Shown: in pieces, positions 1 to 12,300 of the stretch
Layout: every line of letters starts with the position of its first letter
How positions within the stretch are numbered: position 1 is the stretch's first letter
IMG/VR virus record: IMGVR_UViG_3300020264_000005
Location: 1 to 64,000 of that record
DNA length: 64,000 bases
Direction: 5' to 3' (one strand)
Source of the DNA: a virus
Lineage: Duplodnaviria > Caudoviricetes
Made by a program: the position numbers and the translations under genes
Notes under the pieces: generated by a model
What the model was told of the DNA's origin: nothing
Databases searched by the model: none
What the model saw: only the letters and a program-made list of their open reading frames with translations

Positions 1-104
1 ACATCCGTGCTCACATTTCCGAGAGAAAAAAGAATCGGAGCAACAACCCATGTGAGAGAGAGGTGGGATCCCTCTTGAGCCTCCCCTGCTGACGAGTAGG
101 GGAT
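1..104 (+). ncRNA. Structured ncRNA, probably the 3' part of a manA-motif RNA (5' end cut by the window edge)
   Basis: Four stems are visible: CTCACAT(10-16)/ATGTGAG(50-56), TTCCGA(17-22)/TCGGAG(35-40), GAGAGG(58-63)/CCTCTT(71-76), TCCCCTGCT(82-90)-GACG-AGTAGGGGA(95-103). It lies directly 5' of a tRNA, the known context of manA RNAs in cyanophages. Family name is from recall, not a search. Confidence 0.55.
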
Positions 105-112
105 ATTCCCAT

Positions 113-186
113 TCCTCTATAGCTCAATTAGGCAGAGCGGTTGACTGTTAATCAATAGGTTTCTGGTTCGAGTCCAGATGGAGGAG
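113..186 (+). tRNA. tRNA-Asn(GTT)
   Basis: Acceptor stem TCCTCTA/TGGAGGA, D arm AGCTCAATTAGGCAGAGC, anticodon loop CTGTTAA, T arm CTGGTTCGAGTCCAG; no encoded CCA. Confidence 0.95.
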
Positions 187-188
187 TT

Positions 189-293
189 ATGTATAGAACA
201 ACTTATAAAGAACAGATTGGATATATCTACATCTGCATAAAAGAACTGATGAGGATGTACATCATGAAAGATCGGTACACACCTAGCGTATAA
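189..293 (+). CDS. Possible 34-aa hypothetical protein (MYRTTYKEQIGYIYIC...)
   Basis: Open frame ATG189-TAA293, preceded by GGAGG from the tRNA 3' end. Confidence 0.3.
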   Translation: MYRTTYKEQIGYIYICIKELMRMYIMKDRYTPSV

Positions 294-296
294 ATA
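289..296 (+). promoter_or_regulatory. T4-type late promoter TATAAATA
   Basis: Exact gp55 consensus about 40 nt upstream of the giant structural ORF. Confidence 0.8.
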
Positions 297-335
297 AATC
301 CGAGGATAAGTTTACACCGCAGGGTCAGAATAATC

Positions 336-3300
336 ATGCCATTAACACGTCTAGATAACCTTATCAGCAGTAAGACTGGTAAGTATCTTTATGTTTCTCC
401 TGATGATTTCAACGCGACAGATGCGTTATCTAATAGAGGCAACTCCCCAGTAACGCCATTTAAGAGTATTCAGAGAGCATTTCTAGAAATTGCACGATAT
501 TCTTACCTACCTGGCTCAAACAACGATAGGTTTGACCAGTTCAGCATTATGCTGATGCCTGGTATTCACTATATTGATAACCGTCCTGGTCTTGCAGACA
601 CTACTGGCATTGATCCATTCGGTTTTGATCAAGGCAGTAATGCTTGGACTGATAGTAGCATCCTCGATATTTCTAACCCTGATAACGTCCTCTACAAGTT
701 TAACAACACTGAGGGTGGTGCTATCATCCCTAGAGGTTCTTCGCTGGTAGGTTATGACCTTCGCCGTACTGTTGTTCGTCCTCTATATGTTCCTGACCCT
801 GCTGTAACGGAACGTGAGATCCCTCGCTCTGCTATCTTTAACGTAACTGGTGGTTGTTACTTCTGGCAGTTCACCATTAAGGATGGTCAGACCACTGCAG
901 AATCTCCTCTCTACAACTCCCTCGATGGTACTGGTGAGGTTTACTACGATCCTAATGACTTCACTAAGAAGGCACCACCTAACTATTCTCACCACAAACT
1001 AACTGTATTTGAATATGCAGATACTGAGGAACTAAGTCTCTTCTACAGAAAGATTGCTAAAGGTTTCTCACTATATCAACCAACCATTGATGATCCTGGC
1101 GAATTTGATTTCAGAGTCCAAGAGAACAGAATCGTTGGTCCTCTATCTGACTCCAGAGTTATTGAATCTCTGAAGTTAAACGATGCTACGACTATTCCTA
1201 GCATCCCTGCATCTACTTCTGAGATTGAAGTAACCACTAAGGTTGACCACGGATACTTTGCTGGTCAGTTTGTTGCTATTTCTAACACTGAAGTTGATAG
1301 TGTACTTGAGGGTATCTTCCCCATCAAACGCATTGATGAGAACGATCCTCGTAAGTTCACCTATGAAGTAGCAGAGGTTGTTAGTGCAATCGGTACTGGT
1401 ATTGCATCAGGTAATACTATTGATACTGGCACGACTCCTGCACTAGGTGGTAATGCACAGACCCTAGCAGAAGTTGACTCTGTTGAATCTGCATCACCAT
1501 ACGTATTCAACTGCTCCATCCGTTCTACGTGGGGTATTTGTGGTATCTGGGCAAATGGTTTGAAAGCCACTGGTTTCAAATCAATGGTTATCGCTCAGTA
1601 CACGGGTGTTTCGTTGCAGAAGGATGACAGAGCATTCATCCGTTACGACGAGTATTCTAACACTTGGAACCAAGCATCACTAACTGATGCATTCGCTACG
1701 GTTCCTTATCACACCAAGGGTGATTCTTACTGGAAGGATGACTGGAGAAACTTCCACGTTCGTGCATCAGAAGATGCATTCATCCAGAACGTTTCTATCT
1801 TCGCTGTTGGTTTCGCTGATCACTTCCTGATGGAGTCAGGTGGTGACATGTCTATCACCAACTCTAACTCTAACTTCGGTAACACATCTCTACATGCTAT
1901 TGGTTTCAAAGGTTTCGCCTTTAACCAAGATAAGGGTGGTTACATTACTGACATCATTCCACCTAAGAAGATCTCGGATGATGCTGCTAATGTCAAGAAG
2001 ACTCAGTATTATACCATTGATATTCAAGGCACCATTGCTGATGCAAACAACTACACCAAGTTGTTCCTAGGTAGTGATGACATCAAAGATCCACTGAACC
2101 GTCCTGCAGTATCAATCAACGGTTACAGATTGGGTGCTAAGTCTGGTGAGAAACTATATGTAAAACTAGATCCTGCAACTGCTGGCGGTACTGAAGAGTT
2201 CAACGTATCACTAGAACCAACTGGTTTCGTTAAGTATATTGCTGCAGCATCTATCCTTAACCCTTCAGGTTTTGCATACAACAGCACCTATGCTGATGCT
2301 GCTAACTTGATTGAAAGCAACCGTAAGATGATCCAAGAGGAAGTCTTCGGTTATATTATTGAGAAGTTCCCAAGACTTCAGGACATTTCCTATGTCAATC
2401 CTGGCAGAGATCCTAATGCAAACCGTTACAATGATGCTCGTAACCTGATCATCAGTAACAGACAGGATATTGTCAATGATACTATGACTTCTCTTAGTAT
2501 CTTCAATCCTACCTCTACAGTTACTGCTGAAGATGTAGGTGAGATGGTTGATGCAGTTGCAGAAGACCTTAGAGATGGTGGCAACTCCAATACTATCCTG
2601 CTCATTCAGTCATTCTTCAATGGCAGTGGACAACTAAGCAAGTATGCAGGTGAGCAAGAGAATGTCCTCTGGGCAATCAACAGAGCAAGAGATCTTTGTA
2701 AGCAAGCAGTATCTAACCTGCTAGCAGTTAAGGCAGATCTTTATGATCCAGATTCTAACAGTCTGATTGCTCCTTATGGTGGTCTACCTATTGGTACTAT
2801 CACCGCAGGTAAGACTGGTTCACAGGCAGAAATCGATGGTGATACCACTAATGGTGTTACTATTGACCCAGCACAGAAGATTGATCCTGCTTCTAGGTTC
2901 AGAGATACCTACAGACTGATCAATAATAACAGAGATTACATCCTTGATAATGCACTTGCAGAGATTGCAACCTATGATGAGTCTCCATTCTTCTACTTCC
3001 CTGGCGATCCACAAGAGACCAGTCAGTCAAGATTCAAGACTGCATATCGTCTAATCAGACGCAACAAAGCAGGTGCTATTGATGCTGCTATTACTGCTAT
3101 TCAAACTGCTCACCCAGCATTTGTATTCCCAAGTGGTACACCTGACAAGTGTCGTAGAGACCTAGGAGCCTTCATTGACTCACTGGGCATGGACATCTTC
3201 TTGAGTGGTAACCAGTGGACCATCACCTTCATGGAGAAGTATTTTGAAGGCAGCAATACTTGGGTTACTGGTGGTCTCCAAGGTGAAGAAACAGAAGCAA

Positions 3301-6300
3301 TCACTGGTTTCAATGCCGTAAGAGATTATCTTCAGGATGCAGTATCTAACCAACTAACTTCTGGTTATCAGGATCTCAGCGTATCACCTGGCGAAGCAGT
3401 CTATGGTGATGGCAATGGCGATCTTACTAACACAGATGCTAGTGCATGTGCTGACGTTCAGAATGCAATCGCAACTCTAACTTCTATTGTTACTCAGGTA
3501 ATTAGTGATGGCAACCCTGATACTATTAGGAATCCTAATAATCCTAATTTTGTAAACCCACAAGCACGTAGTCTCCAAGCAAATGAGAACAAGTGCCGTA
3601 GAGATATCGGTCACATTGTTGATGCAGTAATGCAAGACTTGTGGTTCGGTGGTAATGCTTACTCTGTCTCAATGGCAAGAGCATACTTCGACCGCTTCGG
3701 TAATGCAATTAGCAATGGTCTAATTGGTGAACAGTCACAAGCAATCACTGCATTCAGACGTGCTGCTGATGTTATCAACTCAGCAATCAACAACAGACTG
3801 TTATTCTGGGATCAGTCAATCACTCTTGATAAGACTGGTGATCCACCAATCGTATCTGATACTAATGCAGACGCACATCGTCTGATCATGAAGAACAAGG
3901 AGTGGTTGGCAGAAGAGGCATACGAGCGTATGCTTGCTAATCCTCTCTACAGTTCTTATGAACCACAAGAGCAGAACACCAAGCAAGATTGTCTAGACGA
4001 TGTTATCAACATCCTTGAGATGATCATGTATGACGTTAAGTTTGGTGGTAACGCTAAGACTTACGACTCTGCAGAGATCTACATTACTAACGTAATGCCA
4101 TTCTTCGGCAGTGAGAAGAAGCGTAAGGAATACACTCCAACTAATGTTACTTACGATCCAGCAACTGGTCTATCAGTCTTCACCATTCCTGGTCATGATA
4201 TGGTTGCTGGCAACTATGTCAGATTTGATGACAACAGTCTGGTCTTTACCTGTGCCATGGATAACAACCAGTCACAGAAGTCTTACCCACGTGCTGGTCA
4301 AGATCCTTTCTCTGGTAACTGGTGTCAGATTGTTGATGCAGATGAATCTAGCATCACCTGTAACGTTGGTGTATCTGGTCCTAACCTAAGCTTTGACCCA
4401 ACCAATGTAATTTACAACTCCACATCTGGAGCGATGGAAATCACCATCGGTGCAGGTCACGGACTTTCCGTTGGCGAAGGCGTGATGATCGCTAACAATT
4501 CCCTCACATTCACTTGTGATCAGGATAACAACCAGACTCAGCATACTTATCCTCGTGCTGGTCAGGATCCTTACGCTGGAAAGTCCTTTACTATTACTGC
4601 AATCAGCACTAACACGATTACTGTTAACGTTGGTGCCGCTGGCACCGCAGCAGGCGTACCACACACCTTCGTCAGTGCTCTCGCTGGTTCTGTAACTCAC
4701 TCCCCACAGTCTGCACACACCTTTATCTCTGCAACTGATAACTGCATTGGTTACGGTCTAGCATCTTCTACCTTCATTGACCCTGAGCGTGATGAAGCAA
4801 GAGAAGTATTCAATCAGGTAAGAGCACTTGTTCCTGATGTACTGAGAAACATTGCTGTTACCAACACTGGTGCTAATACTCTTGATCAGTATATCGATGG
4901 TGCTACTGTACAAGACTGGGATTCTCCTGCATGTGTAAACGTTATCTCTGCAGTACAGTCTAACATCGACACCATTATGCAGGCAATCGGCAACGATCTT
5001 GCTGGTGTTGGTAACCTCAATGGTATCGCACGTACTGTTCCTGCACAACCAGTAGATCTGATCCAGAACGGTGTTAACCAAGGATATGTTGCTGGTAACT
5101 GTTCTGATGTTGTTGCTGCTGTCAACTCACTGATTGATATCACTGTTGAGGCAGTTCTACTAGGCACCCTAGACAATCTCCCATCAGTAGACAATGGTCT
5201 CTGGGATTGTGCTAACGTCCGTAGCAGCATCGAGAACCTGTTTGACATCGCTGTTGATGCATTCTCACTCAGCAACCTCACTAACCTCCCTGTTGTTAAC
5301 AGAGGATCATTCACTAATGATGCTGAGGCATCTAAGTGCTACCGTGACGTTGCATACATCGTTGATGCTGTTGTATCTGACCTTAGACTTGGTGGTAACA
5401 TCAACTCTGTACAGGCAGGTGAAGCATACTACGTTGGTACTAGCAGCAGTCTAACTTATACTCCAACCAACGCTACTTACGATCCAGCGACTGGTCAGTT
5501 CGTCTTGACTGTTCCTAATCATAGTGTTCAGGCTGGTAGATACATCAGACTTGCTGATAATTCATTCACATTCACTTGTGGAATGGACAACAATAAGACT
5601 GAGAAGTCTTATCCACGTCCTGGCATTGATCCATATGCTGGTCAATCCATCCTAGTAACTGGTGTTACTGCAAATACTATTACATGTAACGTTGGCGTCT
5701 CTGGTCCTAACGTAGAGTATACTCCAACCGATGCTTCTTATGATCCTGCTACTGGAGATCTGGTACTAACTATTGGATCCCACTCACTGACTGTTGGTGA
5801 AGGTGTTGTCATTGACGACAATTCATTGACCTTCACTTGTGGTATGGACAATGATCAGGCACAGAAGTCATATCCACGTTCTGGTATTGATCCATTCTCT
5901 GGTCGTTCAATGCTGATCACCAGCAGAACCAGCACGACTATTACTGTCAACGCAGGTGTCTCTGGTCCTAACAAGCAGTTCACCCCAACCAATGCTCAAT
6001 ACAATCCATCAACAGGTGACATGGTTCTCACTGTTGGACAGCATGGTCTAGGTGTTGGTCGCGGCGTTGTACTTGCAGACAATTCACTCACATTCACTTG
6101 TGCTCTGGATAATAACGCAACTCAGCATAGTTATCCACGTCCTGGTACTGATCCATATGCAGGTCAGAAGTCAATCGAAATTACTGCTGTTGGTTCTACC
6201 CAACACACAGTCACCAATGCTCCATACAATGCATCAACTGGTGTTATCACACTAACTGTTGGTAACCACGGATTCAGCAATGGTGATTACATTAAGGTTG

Positions 6301-9300
6301 CTGATGGTTCACTAACTTATACCTGTGATCTAGATGGTAACCTCACCCAGAAGTCTTACCCACGTGCTAACTACGACTATCCATCTGGTCGCTGGATGGA
6401 GATCTCCAATGTAACTGCAAATACTTTTGATATCAACGTTGGACCTTCCTCTTACACTGGCACCCACACCTTCGTAAGTGCTGCTGCAAATGGCATTGAA
6501 CGTCAAGATGGTACATTTACTATCAACGTTGGTGTATCACCTGACACGTCTGCACATACCTTTGTAAGTGCAACTGCAAATGCTGTCTCTCACACCCCAC
6601 AGTCCGCACATACTTTCGTAAGTGCTGGTACTAATTGTGTTAAGCACCTACCACAGGTTGCACATACATTCGTAAGAGCTTCCACTAACGCTCTGATTGC
6701 TGGTGGTTCTCAACTACAGTACATCGACGGTGAGAAGACTGAGACCCTAGCAGCATGGGATTACGTTGGACAGATGGCAACTGCTGCCATGAGGAACTTC
6801 GACTTCCTAGCATACAACTGTACCACTACTGCTGGTAGTGCAATCGTTGATGTTGGTGACACTCGTGGTATTCTGGTTGGTATGCGTTGTGTTGAGTATG
6901 ATGACACTGACATCTCCAACCCAGCATATGTCAATGGTGTTCTACAAGCAGGTGCTCAACCTGTTTACACTACCATTGGACAGAATGTATTCGTTAAGAG
7001 AATCGTCAACAATACTCAGATTGAACTTGGTGTAGAGAACTCTAGATTTGAGTTCGGTCAGACTGTAAATGCAAATCAATCTAGCAGCACCATCGATCTA
7101 TTCTTTGTCTTTGAGAATGGTCAGTGGGCAGACACTCTACCTAAGACTGTAACTGTCGGTCCTGCAAATACTGATCCTGATGTTATCGCTGACACCCTCA
7201 CTGGTAACATCATCACTGATCCTGCTGATCCTAACTTCGGTGAGCAGATTAGAGAGTGTGCTGGTACTGCAAATGCAATCACGACGTTGATTGGTAACAT
7301 CACCACCATCATTAACTCTGGTGTTGGTTCTGTTACTAGACAAGAGCAGACTGCAGACATCTCCCTCTTCTCACAGAGATCAACAGTATTCACCATTAAT
7401 ACTTCTGGTCTAGGTGCATCTAACCCACACAACTTTGAAACTGGTACACCAGTCAGACTGGTCCCACGTCCACGTTTCGATACTGATCTTGGTAGATATG
7501 TTGATGTTGACAAGCGTCTCATCAGACTACCTGACGGATTTGAAACTAACAGAACTTACTATGTAATTGCACCAGGCAGAAAGACACAACCATTTGACTT
7601 CTCCAACACTACGTTCTTCAATGGTAGCGATCAGACTAAACTGATGCTCGCAACCTCAAGAGAGAATGCAGCTGCAGGTATCTTCATCTATGCATCTGAA
7701 TCTGAGAGCATTGATCCTAATGTAGAGATCGATATCTATCAGTTCATCCTCGACGAGAAGTACGATCTACATCGCTACAAGTGTAATCTATCCAACGCTG
7801 TTGTTGGTGGTATTGAGACTGATGTATCTAACGTCTTTGACGTTCCATTCTCTTCAGTAACTCCACAGAAAGTATTCTTCAGAGATCTTGCACCTGATGA
7901 TCTACCAACTGTTGGTCAGACCTTCGCAAGTGATCCTGAAGTTACCGTAACTGATGTTAACGATGCAAACTTCGGTAGACTGAACCCAGTCAAAGAATTC
8001 TTTGCACGTTATCAGACCTCTAAGGTCTTCACGATCCACAAGACTCACGCTGACGCAATCAACAACGCTGATCCTATTCAGTTTACTGCTGGTCAGACTG
8101 ATACGTTCCAAGTCTTCTGTAACAAGCGTAGATCACCTGTTAAGTATGACCCAACATTCAATCAGGGTGTTGCTAATCAAGGCAAGTGGTACATCGAATG
8201 TATCGACGAAGGATCCTCTGGTATTGCACAGGGAATCAAGCAAGAGAACATCTTCTGGAGATTACATCAGGACGATTACTCTGACAGACCTAAGACCACT
8301 GATACGTGGTTCACACGTCTGGAAGATAACCGTGAAGCAGATGATAGAACATACAAACTACGTTATGTCATTCCTTCCTATCTTGAGAACGCAAGAGATC
8401 CTATCAATGGATTCGTTATCAAGACAAGAACTGACGACACTCGTAAGTTAGTACCACAGAAAGTTCTCCTAAAACCAGTTGCTGGTAGTGTATTTGGTGC
8501 TCGTTTCGAGAACCCAGTACAAGCTGGTGAATACATTGGTTACACTGGACCACAGTTCACCCAGTTCGCACTGAATAGTGAGGAAGCATACGATCCTTAC
8601 AGAACTGATCAAACTGGTCAAGGTGTTGAGTATAAGTCATTCGCAAGATTTACCTCTGGTATTCAGGCAACTATCCAGTCTGGTCGTTATGTAGAGGATC
8701 CACTAGATCCTAACATCCAGTACCTAGAACTGACCCTGATTGATCATACTGTTGATGCTAAGAACTTCCCTGGCCTCAAGAATGAGCAGTTCACTACTGT
8801 TCGCATCAATCCACCACAGGGTGGTGAGTGGGTAGTCAATAAGACTGCTAGTATCACTGCTAACCAAGTCGAATGGACTGGTAATTCTTCAGGCATCGCG
8901 AATATCCATGCCTATTACGAAAATGCGGGTTCACATTACCTAATTCTGAAAAATATTCGCGGCGGAAAATTAGAGTTCTCAGAGTTTTATAACACCAGAT
9001 TTACTCAAGGCAGCACATTTGCTGATATGCTTGAGGATCAGGACATGGGTAAATCCCTACCACTCAAGACTCTTATCAAGAAAGGATATCCTGAGTATTA
9101 CTACAAGCAAAATGGTGCTAATGTTTACACCATCACGCCAGGCGACAGAATTCAGGATAGCGCAGGTGTTGAATACTATGCTGCTAGCGTCGAAGATGCT
9201 GGTATTATCGATGATACCTTCTATGTCTTCAACTACGAGACACTACAACGCAGAATCGCTGGTCAGCAAGACGGTATTTACTACCTATCCTGCCTACGCG

Positions 9301-12300
9301 GTAACATCTCACCTCTACCAACTGGTGCAGGTGCAGGTGGCAACTTCCGTAAGTTTAACTTCTCACAACCAGTCAGCAGTCTCTATCCACTGAACTATAA
9401 GAACGATCCTCTTTGGTTCCAGAAGGCAGGTACAACTGCTGCTGAACTTAACCTCGCTGCACAGCAAATTGACCCACCAGCAACATTCTCTGCTGCTGAC
9501 AACTACATCCACGGTCTAGTTAGAACTAACGACTATAAGAACTCTGTAACAAGAGAACTTGTCGAAGATCTTACTAACCAACCAGCATTCATTATTAACT
9601 CTTATAGTGGTGTTAATGAAATTAGAGCACAGGATGGTAACGCAACCTCAGGTTCTGAGGATCGTAGAATTCCAATTGCTGGTGATAGTCTGGTTGTTGT
9701 TGATCAGAAGTATTATGTTGAACTTAGAAGACCATCTATTGCAAGAGCAGGTAACCACACATTTGAGTATCTTGGTTTCGGACCAGGCAACTACTCAACT
9801 GGTCTCCCAGCGCGTCAGGAGATCGTCTTAACTCCTACTGAGGACTTCTACGCCCAAAGTAAGAAACAAGACGCTGGTATCGTCTTCTACACGGGTCTAA
9901 ACTCCAACGGTGACCTCTATATCGGTAACCGTAAGATCAACGCTATTACTGGTGAAGAAACCTTCCTAGAAGCGGCAGTTCTTCAGGATAGTGACGACGA
10001 TGATGAGGATATCGGTAACCTCGTTACATCATTCGATACTCCTGTAACGTTCAACCAGAACATTACAGTTGTTGGTGGTGATGGTTCACAGCAGAACGTA
10101 TTCCAGTCTCCAGTAGTCATCTCCGTTCAGGATAACGACCTAACTGAGACTAGAGATTCACTAATCATCCGTTCTAACGTATCTTCAGTCGATCCTGTAA
10201 CTAATGTACAGCAAGACGAATCACTAGACAGAACTGCATGGTCCTCACCTGGCAACCCAGTTGATGGCGATATCAGAATCAGCAAGAACAGAATTAATGC
10301 TGCAGTCTTCGGATTCAACCCTAGAGGTAAGGGTCAGGCGTATCAGATCCAGACACATATCAGTTCTGGTATTCCTTCTAATATCACACCTAACAACAGC
10401 CCACTAGTTGCTGATGGTGGCACCAGATTACAAACTAACCAGTTCGTAGATTATAACGGTGTACAAGCAGGATCTGGTGACATTCTACTCAAGGGTGTCG
10501 AGGTTGGTAAGACTGGTTCACTTGGTTGGGTCTATGCAAACTACTTCACTGTTATTCCTTCTAACAATATCTTCACGATTGAGTTTGATGGTACTAACGT
10601 AGTTAAACTGACCTTTAAGGATAACCTAGGCGTTGACATTCCTAACTCCACGCTTGGTATCAACTCTGGATCTTCGATCAAACTAACTGGTTACATTAAC
10701 CCACTGCTCAACTCCACTTGGTTGGTATACTCACCAAATGGCGATGCATTTGATCCTGCAAACAACTACGTACACTTCCAAGTCAATAACAATATCGGTA
10801 TTGACACTCTATCTTGGAACGGTGCTGGTGGTGTACTTGATAGCGTAGGTGTTGGTCAACCAACTCCTAAGGTTGAGTTCTCTAATGCTAACTGGAAAGA
10901 GTACGGTGTAGTTGGTGCTGAAGCACTCAGAACTGAAACTGAGAACATTGGTGATTACAAACTTGGTGTTAACACCATTGCACGTACTGACCATGTTGCT
11001 AGCGGCATGGCATTCACCTCAATCGATCAAGAACCTAGAGCAAACCTAGATGTTGTTGGTACTGCATTCATCAGTGGTAAGACTATTGAATCTTACCTAA
11101 CTGAGTCAACTATCCTCAAGACTGAAACTGATCAAGATAATGCATTCTTGGTTGGTGGTGATAGTTCTGATCCAGACGATAGTTCAGTTCTACGTGTCAT
11201 GACCACTAACAATGGTCGTGTTGGTATCAATACTAAGGTAACTGATAGTGTTAACCCACAGTTAGAACTAGACAGAAACTTCGTTGTTGTTGGTAACTCC
11301 AGATTTACTGGCGACTCAATGTTCATGACTGACATTGAAGTCAACGGTGGAGATATTACTACCACTAACAATGCATTCAACTTCGTTAATCAGAATGCAA
11401 ATATTCTGAACTGGGCAAGTGACGGTCAGATCTTCAACCTGATGAATAGTTCTACTGTTCCTCAGACATTCACCATTGGTGGATCTGCACCTACCTCCAC
11501 ATGGTTGATTGCAGAAACTGCAGCAACCAATACTCTCTACTTCGGTAGAAATTCTACTAAGTTCAATGCAGACATTGGTACTGTTGCTGAGTCTAACACT
11601 TCAGAGTGTGACATCAGACTTGGTGGTGGTTTTGCAACCAGTTCACCTGGCAAGTCAAGACTCACCGTTGGTACATTCTACGCTGGATTTAGTGGACAGA
11701 TTGAATTTGGTTCTGGTTATGGAGCTGGCACAAGTTCATCCAGAATCTTCTCTCAGACGAGAGTCGTTAACGCATTCGATGGTACATCTACCAACACTGT
11801 TAACCTTGCAACGAACGCAACCACGTTCACCATGGGTTCAACTGGTGGTACTACAGTCATCAGAAACTCCCTGAATGTCCTTGCTTCTGCAATTGTTGAG
11901 GGTAACATCAGACTAGACGGTGGTCTAAACGCTGGTATTGTTAAGATCGGTAGAGGTAAGTTTGGTACAACTCCTGCTCCACACCTCGTAGGTGGTGTAG
12001 AAAATCCAAACATTGACTTCTACAAGTATGAACCAACTGGCAGAAGAATTGATACCGCTGGTGTAGCACCATGGGGTTCAACTCAGTTCCTAGTTGCTGG
12101 TGGTCAGATTGCATCTATTGACAACATCACCAACAATGGTTCCACTCAGAGACAACCTGGTACTTATCAGTATCTCGATGCAACTACTAGTGGATCTGGT
12201 ACTGGTGCAGCGTTCTCAGTTCTAATCCGCTTCGACTTTACTATCGAAATTACGATTGAGTCTGGTGGTGAAGGTTATGCTGATAACGATACTCTAACTA

